A stretch of 64,000 bases of DNA from a phage. Below the pieces are notes generated by a model, which made no database searches, was not told where the DNA came from, and saw only the letters and a program-made list of their open reading frames with translations. The stretch lies in NCBI GenBank assembly GCA_022897995.1, contig GCA_022897995.1_4763.1. One strand, written 5' to 3'. A program made the translations under genes and the position numbers. Positions 10,073-19,996 of this stretch are shown here, piece by piece (within the stretch, counting starts at the first letter, position 1; every line of letters starts with the position of its first letter).

Positions 10073-10234
10073 ATGAACTGGTATAAAATTTGGAAAAATC
10101 AGGTGGAGGCTTATCTAGGGTATAAGCCCACCGACAAAGAATTACTTGATGCAATGTACGAAGACGGCTTAAATCCGAAAGTAGCCGCGCAAGAATACGC
10201 GGAATGGGTGAAGGTCGAAAATAATTTAAAATAG
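10073..10234 (+). CDS. hypothetical small protein
   Basis: ATG 10073 just after the previous stop; the tracked frame extends upstream to 10004. Confidence 0.3.
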   Translation: MNWYKIWKNQVEAYLGYKPTDKELLDAMYEDGLNPKVAAQEYAEWVKVENNLK

Positions 10235-10237
10235 TTG

Positions 10238-10295
10238 TTGACGTAAAGAAATGGGAGTAGTATTATACTCCCACACCGAAACGAAAGAAGGAGAA
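10238..10295 (+). promoter_or_regulatory. sigma70-like promoter with inverted repeat over the -10
   Basis: TTGACG 10238-10243, 17 nt spacer, TATTAT 10261-10266; GGGAGTA...TACTCCC stem; leader CACACCGAAACGAAAGAAGGAGAATCA. Confidence 0.6.
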
Positions 10296-10299
10296 TCAC

Positions 10300-10512
10300 A
10301 TGAAATCTATTGAGCAAGTAGTAACAGAATTTATGAGCTACGAAGGAAACCGCATCTTTGGACGTTCTCAAGTTCGCGAGATCGTAGAAGAAGTTGCGGG
10401 AGAGTTTGCGGAATCTGGTCACGTTATCACGCAAGAACGTAAAGAAGAAGCAGTAAGCCAGATCATGGCTATGCAGAAAATGCGTATTAATGCACGAGCG
10501 GGTAAAAATTAA
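10300..10512 (+). CDS. hypothetical protein
   Basis: 70 aa ORF directly after the promoter cassette. Confidence 0.5.
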   Translation: MKSIEQVVTEFMSYEGNRIFGRSQVREIVEEVAGEFAESGHVITQERKEEAVSQIMAMQKMRINARAGKN

Positions 10513-10519
10513 AAAGTAG

Positions 10520-10575
10520 TTGACACCGGATTATGGGAGTAGTAAGATACTCCCATCAAGACAAAACATTGAGGA
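10520..10575 (+). promoter_or_regulatory. sigma70-like promoter with inverted repeat over the -10
   Basis: TTGACA 10520-10525, 17 nt spacer, TAAGAT 10543-10548; same GGGAGTA/TACTCCC stem as the element at 10238. Confidence 0.55.
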
Positions 10576-10582
10576 ATATATT

Positions 10583-11383
10583 ATGAAAAACATTATCGCT
10601 GCTATCGTTCTTTCTGCTACTGCTTTCGGTGCTAATGCTGCGTCCTTTGATTGCGCTAAAGCTACTACCAAATCAGAGAAGTTTATTTGTGCTAATGAGT
10701 CAATCTCCGCACTGGATTCGAAACTTCATGAAGTATATGTTAAAGCTGTTAAGATTGATCCGTCTCTGAAACAAGAGCAACGCAACTGGAATAAAACTGT
10801 TCGTGATACAATGATCAATATCGGGCAGATTCAGCCACTGGAGGCTGTATATAACGCTCAAATCCAAAACTTGATGAATGTATTACCTAAAGAAGAAACC
10901 TCGTCAGAAAGCGATTCAGAGACTTCTGTGAAGGTTGAAGAAGAACAACCGAAACAGGAAGAAAAAGTGGTGGAAGAACAGAAGAAAGAAGAAAAAATCT
11001 CTGGATCTATCACTTACCAGTGCATTGCAAAATTTACATGGAAAATCATTGATGGTATTGAAACAGACAGCCGCAAAGATCCATTGTATGGAAACTCTAC
11101 TTATGGCAACAAGGGCGGAAAGCTGAAAATGACCATGACCGAAGGTGAATTGTCTTCTTTCGTATATGTTGATGAGCGCGAAGTGTTTAAATCAAATCTG
11201 ACACGCAGCAAACAATATAAAAATATGGTTGTTGGTATGAGCAAACCGGATGTAGCAGGATACTTCAACGAGTACAAAATGTGGGTAGGGGAAAACGATG
11301 AAATCCGCTTTGAAGTCATCGAGAAAGGTCGCATTAGCTATGATTATGGTACTCAATATGTTTGCGAATATAAGAAGGGTTAA
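10583..11383 (+). CDS. secreted or periplasmic protein with N-terminal signal peptide
   Basis: MKNIIAAIVLSATAFGANA-AS signal-peptide-like start; Lys/Glu-rich linker; ATG 10583 follows the promoter and GAGGAATATATT. Confidence 0.5.
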   Translation: MKNIIAAIVLSATAFGANAASFDCAKATTKSEKFICANESISALDSKLHEVYVKAVKIDPSLKQEQRNWNKTVRDTMINIGQIQPLEAVYNAQIQNLMNVLPKEETSSESDSETSVKVEEEQPKQEEKVVEEQKKEEKISGSITYQCIAKFTWKIIDGIETDSRKDPLYGNSTYGNKGGKLKMTMTEGELSSFVYVDEREVFKSNLTRSKQYKNMVVGMSKPDVAGYFNEYKMWVGENDEIRFEVIEKGRISYDYGTQYVCEYKKG

Positions 11384-11665
11384 ATGATGAAATTTAACAA
11401 CATGAAGTTTAAAAAAGATTGGTGGGATGCTATGAGAGCTAACGACCGAATCGGAATTGGAAAGGCAGAAAAGACAGTTGTTATTGTCAAGTATAAAGCG
11501 ACGCAAGATCTTTTGATTAAGGAACTCATTCGAGCGGGTAACTATCAAACACCGGAAGGTCTTATTGACATGATGGTTGATAACATGTATAGTGACGAAC
11601 CACCAAACATTAAACAATATTACAAGCAGTATTACCGAAAGTGGCAGAAGTATAACCGAAAATAG
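11384..11665 (+). CDS. hypothetical basic protein
   Basis: 93 aa ORF coupled to the upstream stop. Confidence 0.45.
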   Translation: MMKFNNMKFKKDWWDAMRANDRIGIGKAEKTVVIVKYKATQDLLIKELIRAGNYQTPEGLIDMMVDNMYSDEPPNIKQYYKQYYRKWQKYNRK

Positions 11666-11688
11666 TTTGTTGACGTGAGGATTATATT

Positions 11689-11880
11689 ATGGTAATTTTT
11701 AATCGCGATGGTATCATAGTTCGGCAACACCCATTCCTTGAATACTATCAGGTTGAACAATGGGGATACGGGGATTGCTCTCGATCATACGGTCAAAGCT
11801 GGGGATACCGTACAGTTTTTGAATCAACTAATATTAACAAAGTACGACAGAAAGTTTTAGAACTTCTTAACGATAAGTGA
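11689..11880 (+). CDS. hypothetical protein
   Basis: 63 aa ORF with SD GAGGATTATATT. Confidence 0.4.
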   Translation: MVIFNRDGIIVRQHPFLEYYQVEQWGYGDCSRSYGQSWGYRTVFESTNINKVRQKVLELLNDK

Positions 11881-11892
11881 GGATATTATATC

Positions 11893-12261
11893 ATGGAAAT
11901 TCAAAACAATTACGAAAAATGTGTTATTATCAATGATTTGCAACGTCAATTGCATCATTACGAAACCGATTATAAAACAGCAACCAAAACCGGAAAGTTG
12001 AAAGTGTGGGAAGTCTGGTATAACCGAAACTATCTGGGAAGCATCCACAAACTTGATCGCAGTGATGTTTATACAATGCATGTGGGCGCGTGTGGCGAAT
12101 CGGATGTAGCATCTAATTTCATGGAAGCACTTGCATTCTATGTAGAATATCTGGTAGACTATATCGAGTTGGAAGAGGAAGTTGTAGAATTGCTTCCTCC
12201 ACCGGAAGAAGCACCGGAAGCAACGATCCTGAAAGCATTAAAGAAAATCTTTGTTAAGTGA
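11893..12261 (+). CDS. hypothetical protein
   Basis: 122 aa ORF with SD GAGGATATTATATC. Confidence 0.45.
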   Translation: MEIQNNYEKCVIINDLQRQLHHYETDYKTATKTGKLKVWEVWYNRNYLGSIHKLDRSDVYTMHVGACGESDVASNFMEALAFYVEYLVDYIELEEEVVELLPPPEEAPEATILKALKKIFVK

Positions 12262-12269
12262 GGTGAACT

Positions 12270-12602
12270 ATGAAAAATGTACTGATTGTGTGGGAACTGA
12301 TTCCAGAAACTACTGAATTATACATGGTACAGGTTGACAATAAAGAATTTGAAATTCTGAAACGCGTCAACTGCAAATATATTAACATTGATGACATGAC
12401 CCCAGAAATGGACTATGTAAACTATGCTCTCATGCAGCCTAGTTGGATTATGGATGAAACTAAAGCAGACGCCGAATCGCTGGGTGTACCGGAAGAAGTA
12501 TTAGCGAAATGGCATCAATTCAAAGTTGAGATAAAAGAGGGTGAACCTTTTATCCCTAGCGGTATGATCGACGCGGTGATCGTAACAGGTTTTCATCTGT
12601 AA
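12270..12602 (+). CDS. hypothetical protein
   Basis: 110 aa ORF with SD GAGGTGAACT. Confidence 0.45.
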   Translation: MKNVLIVWELIPETTELYMVQVDNKEFEILKRVNCKYINIDDMTPEMDYVNYALMQPSWIMDETKADAESLGVPEEVLAKWHQFKVEIKEGEPFIPSGMIDAVIVTGFHL

Positions 12603-12615
12603 GGACATTTATACA

Positions 12616-12948
12616 ATGTTTAATTATGACAAATATGAATCATGGAAAGCATCCGAACTGAAAGAGGCAGCGCGGTTAATCACACCGCGTCTTTATCCGG
12701 TACTGTTTAGCGCCGATAAAGTAACAAGGGAAGTAAACGAGGCGCTATCGGTTTTAGGTTATCTAATCGATAAAGTAGAGAAAACATCGGTATTCACAAA
12801 TAGTATAGAATATACCCGTTATCGAGTGTTTTTAGATTCCTTGCTCGTTGTTATTAAAGCACTAAATGATCATAACTACACCATGAACATGACGAAAATA
12901 ATCGACGAAGCAAGAATTATGACAGAGAATATTTTCGGAAGATTTTGA
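12616..12948 (+). CDS. hypothetical protein, paralog of 13057..13377
   Basis: 110 aa; C-terminal pattern H.Y.M....ID.AR...EN..G.F shared with the ORF at 13057. Confidence 0.45.
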   Translation: MFNYDKYESWKASELKEAARLITPRLYPVLFSADKVTREVNEALSVLGYLIDKVEKTSVFTNSIEYTRYRVFLDSLLVVIKALNDHNYTMNMTKIIDEARIMTENIFGRF

Positions 12949-13056
12949 TTATGAAAGATGATGAATCATTGAAAATTGCACTGGTTATGCTATTACAAGG
13001 TATAGAATTAGCAAACCACGAAAAAATGTTGATACAACAGCGTGAAATTATGAGAG

Positions 13057-13377
13057 GTGATTATGAGTGATATTAAAACCGATGAAGAAATGCAGGATAT
13101 TGCAAAGGAATTAACCACCATCATGATCCGTCGCGGATCGTATAATGCAAAAACCATTATCGATGAAGTCAATACAGCGGTTAAGGCAATCGAGAAAGTA
13201 AAGTCAGACGTTGCATTTGAAAGATACACATGGGAAGATATTCGCAATCGAAGCCGCTATAATTTCTTTGTTGATTGTATTATGTCAATGACTGAACACT
13301 ACGGGCATAGCATGAACGACATTATCATCGATGCGCGTAAATTAGCAGAGAATGTTTACGGGAAGTTTCCAGAATGA
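13057..13377 (+). CDS. hypothetical protein, paralog of 12616..12948
   Basis: 106 aa; shares R.RY..F.D and IDxARxxxENxxGxF segments with the ORF at 12616. Confidence 0.45.
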   Translation: MIMSDIKTDEEMQDIAKELTTIMIRRGSYNAKTIIDEVNTAVKAIEKVKSDVAFERYTWEDIRNRSRYNFFVDCIMSMTEHYGHSMNDIIIDARKLAENVYGKFPE

Positions 13378-13622
13378 GATTAGAGCAAGCGATTGTTTAT
13401 TTTGAGATGGGTTATGATATTGCTCGTGTAGAATGGGAAGATGGTGATTTTGTACGATTGATCGATCTTCCAGAAACAGCTATTGCACTGGTCAAAGTAG
13501 AAAACGGCATACAACGCAATTACGCGTTTTCTGACGAAGACAAACAAGCCGATGACTGGTACGCTACCTGTTTTCATCATACAGCGTCAAAATGTGATTC
13601 AGGGGCTTCTATGCGCCAATAA
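13374..13622 (+). CDS. hypothetical protein
   Basis: 82 aa ORF overlapping the previous stop. Confidence 0.4.
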   Translation: MRLEQAIVYFEMGYDIARVEWEDGDFVRLIDLPETAIALVKVENGIQRNYAFSDEDKQADDWYATCFHHTASKCDSGASMRQ

Positions 13623-13626
13623 AAAA

Positions 13627-13656
13627 GAAGGGGAAGCCTTTCGGCTTCCCCTTTAA
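13627..13656. terminator. bidirectional terminator between convergent genes
   Basis: GGGGAAGCCtttcGGCTTCCCC palindrome flanked by A-run and T-run, between the plus-strand ORF ending 13622 and holin t ending 13658. Confidence 0.6.
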
Positions 13657-13657
13657 G

Positions 13658-14314
13658 TTATCTAATCCTTCCGAGGATTCTGGCAGATTGATTGCAAAGA
13701 GTATCTAAATTCTCAATGTCAATATCCGGTTTATTCTTCCATGCAATGGAGATACTACCAGAATAGACATTATCGAGATTGAATATAGGGCAAGAATACA
13801 TAAACCCTATATCGATACTCTCTAATTTCTTTTCTCTTGATGGAATATACTGGAAATCTTTATCGGTAAAATATGATTTACCTAAAAGATGCCTACGATA
13901 TTCTTCACTCGTTTTATTGATAGGGAATCCGCCTAAATTTTTTTCATCGATTGTGTGCGGTAGCTTTCCTTCATACGCCACCAAATCAACAAAATAGTTT
14001 AGGTTTTTCGGACGAAAACTAAAAACAGCAGAAAAATCGGCATCAGCCGATACATGAACTATCTGTAACTGCTCCTGTGCTGCATTATCAAAATTGCGGT
14101 CTTTCTCTACCTGGAGAACGTGAGCATAAGTCTCATAACGAGTCTCTTTATACAATGCAAATAACTCGTTTTTACTATAAACGACAAATGCTAATATAGA
14201 CAACACGACGGCAGCAAAAACACGAAGTACGAGCAACTCCGTGCTTTTAGTTGTGAAAATAGCGCGCAGGACATTTGAGATAGCAAAGTCTTTCCCTTTT
14301 TCAGAAACTTGCAT
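13658..14314 (-). CDS. t: holin (T4 t-type, single N-terminal transmembrane segment)
   Basis: 218 aa, the same length as T4 holin T; N-terminal TM LLVLRVFAAVVLSILAFVVYS; downstream of 38 as in T-even phages. Confidence 0.8.
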   Translation of the reverse strand: MQVSEKGKDFAISNVLRAIFTTKSTELLVLRVFAAVVLSILAFVVYSKNELFALYKETRYETYAHVLQVEKDRNFDNAAQEQLQIVHVSADADFSAVFSFRPKNLNYFVDLVAYEGKLPHTIDEKNLGGFPINKTSEEYRRHLLGKSYFTDKDFQYIPSREKKLESIDIGFMYSCPIFNLDNVYSGSISIAWKNKPDIDIENLDTLCNQSARILGRIR

Positions 14315-14347
14315 ATAATGCCCTAAGATAACTATGACAGTGTACTC

Positions 14348-14587
14348 TTATTTAGGTAGTTGACTATCACTAGATTTATCTTGCTCGTTACTATCTTCTG
14401 ACTGATCTTTATTAAACTCCTTATAAAGTTCTTCCACAAAACGATCATCAATTGGCGTATTGGTATAAGCCGCAAGACGACGAGCGCAATAGAAGAAAAT
14501 TTTAGTGAGCATCTTTTCACTAATTAACTTTGATAATAGTTTCATTCCGAAACTAGACAAAGCACCAATAACGATATTATAGACCAT
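14348..14587 (-). CDS. hypothetical small protein inserted between 38 and t
   Basis: 79 aa ORF with SD AAGGAG; hydrophobic N-terminus, acidic Ser-rich C-terminus. Confidence 0.45.
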   Translation of the reverse strand: MVYNIVIGALSSFGMKLLSKLISEKMLTKIFFYCARRLAAYTNTPIDDRFVEELYKEFNKDQSEDSNEQDKSSDSQLPK

Positions 14588-14650
14588 AGCCGTTTCTCCT
14601 TAGTAGTTCCCTTCCGTGGGAGTTTTCCTTAATTCTTTTTATAATTACGT

Positions 14651-15430
14651 CTAAACAGCCGGTCCGTAAATAGCTCCGCGATTTATCCACGTTGGAGCAG
14701 ACCCTATAACAGCATAACCAGCACCGCCGCCGTTATATTCTGTGCCGGTACCGTGAGTATTACATCTACCTCCTGCGGAGCCAACTTCGCCGCCATTCCC
14801 GCCTGTATATGCACTAAGAGACCCCTCACCGACAGATCCTGCACCCGGAGCGTAAATGGAGCCAGCGGTTGCACCAGAACTCATATGAGAGGAAGACCCG
14901 CCACCACCGAATGGGCGACCACCGCCACCACCAAATACTAGTCTACCCCTGTTACCGCCGCCACCGCCGCCACCGCCGCCAGCGATAGCACCGCCATTAT
15001 TAATTCTTAGCCTCCCACCAATATCATTTTGAATACAATGACCCCCAGATGAGCCAGGACTATTACTACCGCCATTACCGCCACGACCATACATCGTTAC
15101 GCCGTGTATATTTAACTGAACATATTCATTTGGTGTATCCCCGTACATGAAGAATAAAGGAACATCTTTAGAATATGATACTAAATCACCTGTAATATTA
15201 AACACTATAGGTGTACTACCTGCCTCAAAGCATCTATCACGGAACCACTGACCATTGAAGTTATGGTCTGCTCCAAGTGTATGAATAATTTCTCGCGAGC
15301 GACCTGCAAATTGACTCATCCAGCAAGGAACACCCAATCTTAGTTGACCAGCCGCTTGACTCATCCACCGTTGTCCTGTTTCATTTGCGGCTGAACTTCC
15401 AATCCAACCGGGAACACCAACTACTGCCAT
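14651..15430 (-). CDS. 38: tail fiber adhesin gp38, T2-type with glycine-rich motifs
   Basis: 259 aa; N-terminus [14 protein letters not shown]...[10 protein letters not shown] matches T2-type gp38 as recalled; poly-Gly runs flank variable segments. Confidence 0.8.
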   Translation of the reverse strand: MAVVGVPGWIGSSAANETGQRWMSQAAGQLRLGVPCWMSQFAGRSREIIHTLGADHNFNGQWFRDRCFEAGSTPIVFNITGDLVSYSKDVPLFFMYGDTPNEYVQLNIHGVTMYGRGGNGGSNSPGSSGGHCIQNDIGGRLRINNGGAIAGGGGGGGGGNRGRLVFGGGGGRPFGGGGSSSHMSSGATAGSIYAPGAGSVGEGSLSAYTGGNGGEVGSAGGRCNTHGTGTEYNGGGAGYAVIGSAPTWINRGAIYGPAV

Positions 15431-15466
15431 AATTTATACTCCAAAGGGGGCAATGCCCCCTTGTTG

Positions 15467-18235
15467 TTAGAATTTAAAATATTTACTAATTTTGCGAGCA
15501 ATTTTAGTAAAGAAAGGAGTTTTCAATTCTTTAATTTCTTCACTCATTTCCTGAATAGCCTTAATTAAAAGAGCATTCACTGCCGAGTTAGAAATTGTCA
15601 GAACGTCAGATCCATCAACTTCAACTTTCGATACAGCTTCCGGCAATTCTTTTTCAAGATCCTGAGCAATAATACCAGCTTCACGTTTAATCACACTACG
15701 ATCTTTAATAGACTTAACTTTATCGTAAGTATAAACTTTCAGACGGCATACTTTTTCAAGTGCTCCGTTTTCTAACTCTTCTTTATTAATCTTAAGACGG
15801 TCATCAGAACGAATATAAACATCGTTAAAGTTACCATTACCAGGACAGTAAAAAGTACCATCATGATGGAACTCGAATACAGCTTGAGGATGACCAGCCG
15901 CTGGCGATGCCTCCGCAGATCCAACACGAATAATTGCTTGTCCCCAATTGTTAGGAACACGACGCATACCAAAATCGACGGCAGTTGTATATCCTTGATT
16001 GGTGATTAAACTTCTGCCTTTAATAATTGGGTAATAACTGTCTGGTCCAACATAGCCGTGGTCAACAAATATCGGCGCTTCTAATCCCCATTGGTCGTTC
16101 CAACTTCCAGATTGGCTAGCAGTCCAACGTTCACCATGAACATAGAATCGAACGTTATTGACATGAGTCATTTCGATGCCTTTTGGACTTAGTGCGATAT
16201 CCCCCGCGTTTGTAATGTATATGGCAGCATTAGTAGCATAACTATAGAACGCTAATCCATTATCAGCACCACCTTTACCGATATACCAGTTGTTATTATC
16301 AGCACAAGTACCCAACAAATATACCGACGAATCTCCCGTTTCAGCATTAATGGTAATAGCGTCAGAACCACGATTAACTTTCAGTTTCCCAAAGAATGTA
16401 TTTTGAATGGTGTTATCACCTTTACGCTCAAATTCGGCTAAAAATCCTTTTGAGTCACGAAGACTTAAAACGTTATTTCGACCTATATTGCTTGCCCCCC
16501 AATGGACGATTTCCATATAGTCCATAGATTGACGAGAACCAGCTTTAAAGAAAAGATTGTCCTCAAGACGAGTGCTGCCATCAATTCCAAGATGCAAACA
16601 ACGAGCGGTTTCAGTACCACCTAAATATAATCCACCGTCCGCAAAATTATAGCTGAATGGTCTGCGATTATTCCAACTACCAAAAGAATCTTTTAAATTG
16701 GTAGTAAGAATATGGAAATTAGAACCATCATTGCGTAACATCAAACCATAGTTACCGCCTTTGACAGCCAAACGAGCATTTTCAGACAATGCAACTTCGC
16801 CATTCATTACAATTTTCTGGCCTTTACCACCAGAAATCTGTAATTCACCGTTTTCGAGCAAGTTTATCGAGTTTTGACCGTTATCGTTCCACCAAATAAA
16901 ATCTTTGGTCTGACCATCACCGAAACCAAACCAGCCATTACGAACATCTTGTCCAGTGCGATAATCCATAAAATTAAAATGGCTTGCTTCGTTTGGTCCT
17001 CGACGAATGTCAATACCGGCATTACCAACACCACCATCCAACGTTAATCTCTTGACATGTAACCCGGTTACAGCCGAAAGCAATAATTCCTGACTTGTAT
17101 CTTCGTATCCAGTAGCAAGACGATATGAGTTAGCATCAACTGTCTCATGCCAGATAGTGGCAGGAGCACAACTACGGAAGCGACGCAACATCTTTTTAGC
17201 ATTTGTCGGTTGTTCGTTCAAATGCTCAATGTCATATTGGCCTTGAGAATTAGCACCAAAATTTAATGTCCCGTGGTTGCGATGAGTACTAAATGAAGTG
17301 ATTGTATAAGCATCGAACTTTGTTTCAGCTTCCGGTAATTGACCTCCTATAAATTGTGGTTTATCATATAAAGTCAGGTTAACATCAGGGCTAGTCTGGT
17401 ATTCAGCCAACACAAATCCAGTATGACCGGAATAGCTACCGTATATATCATAAGAGTCACCACCAGTAGGAATAGCACAAAACTTCTGGTCTATATACCA
17501 GATGGTCATATAAGCGTTAAACACAACACCAACCGGATTTCCATTCCCGCTACGCAGAACCAATTCAATAATATTAGCTTGCCCGGTCTGTCCTACATTA
17601 TAACCATTACCACCAACCAATCTAATTTTAGCACTACGCCCATATTGTTGTGGTAGATATACTGTCGCGATTTTAAACCAACCGAACTCAATTCCAAAAT
17701 CAAGTGTCTTTTGGAACATCCGATCTACTTCTTGTTTGCTGTACACATTCAATTCCGACGGACTAGGCTTATCACCTTCGTGATACATGCGATATGAATA
17801 TGCCAATACACCATCAGCGTTATAACCATAGGTTTTTACAGTAGGAACAACGTTAGAACCATAAGTAAAATCCAACCCACGAGCATGATTTATACCGCTA
17901 GGATGGGGAATATGCAAAGCCAATGCTAGATGACCATCCATATCATTAGTACGAAATGCCCCAAATTTATCAAGATTTCGTGAGGTCGGGTCATCGAAAT
18001 AGTTTGCGGTATTACTCCACACAAGGTCATCCACAACCACGCGGCCTCTTACATCAAAGCCTTTGTCATAAACAGGAGGGCAGCTTAAATTAACAATTTG
18101 CCCATCATCATTTTTTGTAAGCAGATATTGGTCTGCTAAGTTAATTGCCAACTCTCCCGGATTCATCGTACCAGCATCCGGTTTACGTCCGGCTGCGCTA
18201 GTGCGTTTAAACTGGATTCTGTTTAAATCTGCCAT
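15467..18235 (-). CDS. 37: long tail fiber distal subunit gp37 with C-terminal intramolecular chaperone-like domain
   Basis: 922 aa between 36 and 38; C-terminal SDDRLKINKEELE... resembles the S74-type autoproteolytic chaperone domain. Confidence 0.75.
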   Translation of the reverse strand: MADLNRIQFKRTSAAGRKPDAGTMNPGELAINLADQYLLTKNDDGQIVNLSCPPVYDKGFDVRGRVVVDDLVWSNTANYFDDPTSRNLDKFGAFRTNDMDGHLALALHIPHPSGINHARGLDFTYGSNVVPTVKTYGYNADGVLAYSYRMYHEGDKPSPSELNVYSKQEVDRMFQKTLDFGIEFGWFKIATVYLPQQYGRSAKIRLVGGNGYNVGQTGQANIIELVLRSGNGNPVGVVFNAYMTIWYIDQKFCAIPTGGDSYDIYGSYSGHTGFVLAEYQTSPDVNLTLYDKPQFIGGQLPEAETKFDAYTITSFSTHRNHGTLNFGANSQGQYDIEHLNEQPTNAKKMLRRFRSCAPATIWHETVDANSYRLATGYEDTSQELLLSAVTGLHVKRLTLDGGVGNAGIDIRRGPNEASHFNFMDYRTGQDVRNGWFGFGDGQTKDFIWWNDNGQNSINLLENGELQISGGKGQKIVMNGEVALSENARLAVKGGNYGLMLRNDGSNFHILTTNLKDSFGSWNNRRPFSYNFADGGLYLGGTETARCLHLGIDGSTRLEDNLFFKAGSRQSMDYMEIVHWGASNIGRNNVLSLRDSKGFLAEFERKGDNTIQNTFFGKLKVNRGSDAITINAETGDSSVYLLGTCADNNNWYIGKGGADNGLAFYSYATNAAIYITNAGDIALSPKGIEMTHVNNVRFYVHGERWTASQSGSWNDQWGLEAPIFVDHGYVGPDSYYPIIKGRSLITNQGYTTAVDFGMRRVPNNWGQAIIRVGSAEASPAAGHPQAVFEFHHDGTFYCPGNGNFNDVYIRSDDRLKINKEELENGALEKVCRLKVYTYDKVKSIKDRSVIKREAGIIAQDLEKELPEAVSKVEVDGSDVLTISNSAVNALLIKAIQEMSEEIKELKTPFFTKIARKISKYFKF

Positions 18236-18280
18236 TTTATAAAATCCTTAAACGGTTATTAGAATAATATTATTTAGAAA

Positions 18281-18299
18281 AGCGGGGAGAATCCCCGCT
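18281..18299 (-). terminator. intergenic hairpin after gene 36
   Basis: AGCGGGGAgaaTCCCCGCT palindrome, followed by TTTTCT on the minus strand. Confidence 0.45.
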
Positions 18300-18303
18300 A
18301 AAA

Positions 18304-19794
18304 TTAGAAAGTACCAAAATCAATCACCGCATTAAGTGGAACCGCGCCAACTTCGGCAGGGGTGGGTTTATGCCCTTCGTGGTAAAGTTCAAAGGTATCG
18401 GTGTCCTGAGTATTGTCACGGGATTTAACGAAAATAATTTTAGAATCATGTGTGATTCCTAGTTTCTCGTGCGCTTTAATATCACTAACACGATGAATCA
18501 TTGCTGTACCATTTAAGCTATTAAGTCCAGCGTAGCAATTATCACCATTATAGTTAGATTCTGTGGTATGAACGCCGTTCGCAGCAGGAACCGTCAAAGC
18601 GCCAGTCATGGTATCGCCAGTCACATTAACATAGCGAATATCAGCCAATTTACGGTGATCTACATAGTTCCATGCAGTCCATGATTCATTAGAACACGAA
18701 CGCCAGCACATCGGATGGTCAATAGATTCAGGATAATACACCTGAACAATTCGACGAGTACCGACCGCATCTTCTGGGCGATATACCATCAAAACGCCGT
18801 TATAATAGCTATCAGACGGTTTATTAGTACCTGACCCAGCATTTTCCACACGATAGATACCGCGATTAATAAGAGTGTTCCAATCAACGTTTCCAATGAT
18901 GGTTGGATTTGCTACCATTGATTTTTTCTCAAAGTAGCTCAAACGAACCAATTCATTAGGACCAGCCGGATCGTTTGTCGCCAACATTCTAGGCGCTTGC
19001 AAGTTACCTTCCATAATATCACCAGCACGTTTAACCTGTGCATCATTGGTGACATTGCCTAGTCCAACATCGGCTTTAGTTGGTTTATTGTTGGTGTGAT
19101 AAAAACGACCTTCTCTGCCATTAACAAAAATGGTAGGCTCATCTTTACTTCGGAAGACCAACGTATCAAGAACGTTGCCATAATAGATCTTAGTCGCATC
19201 AAAATTAATTAAATCACGCTCCCTTGCAATTAATTTCGAATCAACCGATAGTTTAACAGTGACAGTGTTTAAATTATATGTTCCTGTGAGGGTATCACCG
19301 CGACGAGACACCAAATCTAAATCATTATTCGTTGGTTTATTAACAGGGCTATAGACGCGTTGACCTGTGTCTTTAATGGTTGTCCCTTCGATAGTCCCTT
19401 TAGTTTTAAAATCACCTGTGGTAGTGTCAATATAAGCCATGATAACATCATCACGAGCATTAACAAAACCAATAGATTTCCACGAATGCAAACCCCAACT
19501 TACACCATCAAAGTTAGCCGCATCACTATTTCCTTTAAAGATCCCGTTCTTTTTGGTTTCTCCACCGGATGCGCTACCTACGCTTAAACCTTCCTCAAAA
19601 TGGACCAGTTTCTGAAATGTACCTCCTTCGGATGCACTAACAGCATCAAAATCGGCAGCCGAAGGTTTATCAAAAGCGGTATAGATTTTATGACCTTTGT
19701 AGAAAAGCTGATCCCCCGCTGGCTGGATCGTCAAGTTTCCTTGCGTCCAAATGGGAGATCCGCCTACAGTAGATCCATGTTTCAAATCTGCCAT
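18304..19794 (-). CDS. 36: long tail fiber subunit (gp36 position)
   Basis: 496 aa ORF between 35 and 37; larger than T4 gp36 (about 221 aa), so assigned by position. Confidence 0.6.
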   Translation of the reverse strand: MADLKHGSTVGGSPIWTQGNLTIQPAGDQLFYKGHKIYTAFDKPSAADFDAVSASEGGTFQKLVHFEEGLSVGSASGGETKKNGIFKGNSDAANFDGVSWGLHSWKSIGFVNARDDVIMAYIDTTTGDFKTKGTIEGTTIKDTGQRVYSPVNKPTNNDLDLVSRRGDTLTGTYNLNTVTVKLSVDSKLIARERDLINFDATKIYYGNVLDTLVFRSKDEPTIFVNGREGRFYHTNNKPTKADVGLGNVTNDAQVKRAGDIMEGNLQAPRMLATNDPAGPNELVRLSYFEKKSMVANPTIIGNVDWNTLINRGIYRVENAGSGTNKPSDSYYNGVLMVYRPEDAVGTRRIVQVYYPESIDHPMCWRSCSNESWTAWNYVDHRKLADIRYVNVTGDTMTGALTVPAANGVHTTESNYNGDNCYAGLNSLNGTAMIHRVSDIKAHEKLGITHDSKIIFVKSRDNTQDTDTFELYHEGHKPTPAEVGAVPLNAVIDFGTF

Positions 19795-19827
19795 AAAGTA
19801 ACCTCAAAAATTAGTTATAGTTCCGAG

Positions 19828-19835
19828 TATTTATA
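19828..19835 (-). promoter_or_regulatory. T4-type late promoter (TATAAATA)
   Basis: Minus-strand TATAAATA (plus strand TATTTATA) about 30 nt upstream of the gene 36 start. Confidence 0.5.
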
Positions 19836-19964
19836 GAATGTTAACAAAATATCGCTTCGCGACGTGCCGTAGGCACTGACTATTTTTTAGCCGAAACAAA
19901 TTTTCTATTATTCTAAAGATCTTTCTTCGTTTTGGTTATGTTTTAACCAACTGTATAAAAATAA

Positions 19965-19985
19965 AGCCGACCACATGGATCGGCT
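19965..19985 (-). terminator. rho-independent terminator after gene 35
   Basis: Minus-strand AGCCGATCCATGTGGTCGGCT hairpin followed by TTTATTTTTAT. Confidence 0.5.
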
Positions 19986-19996
19986 TGTTAAAAATG

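Noticed and set aside
9693-13622. MotA/AsiA transcription factors among the small ORFs upstream of holin t
   Set aside because: None of the ORFs resembles the remembered AsiA or MotA sequences in length or motif pattern; they are left as hypothetical.
14651-15430. Glycine-rich ORF as a low-complexity artefact
   Set aside because: The N-terminus matches the conserved gp38 adhesin N-terminal region, and glycine-rich motifs flanking variable segments are the known architecture of T2-type adhesins; position after gene 37 supports it.
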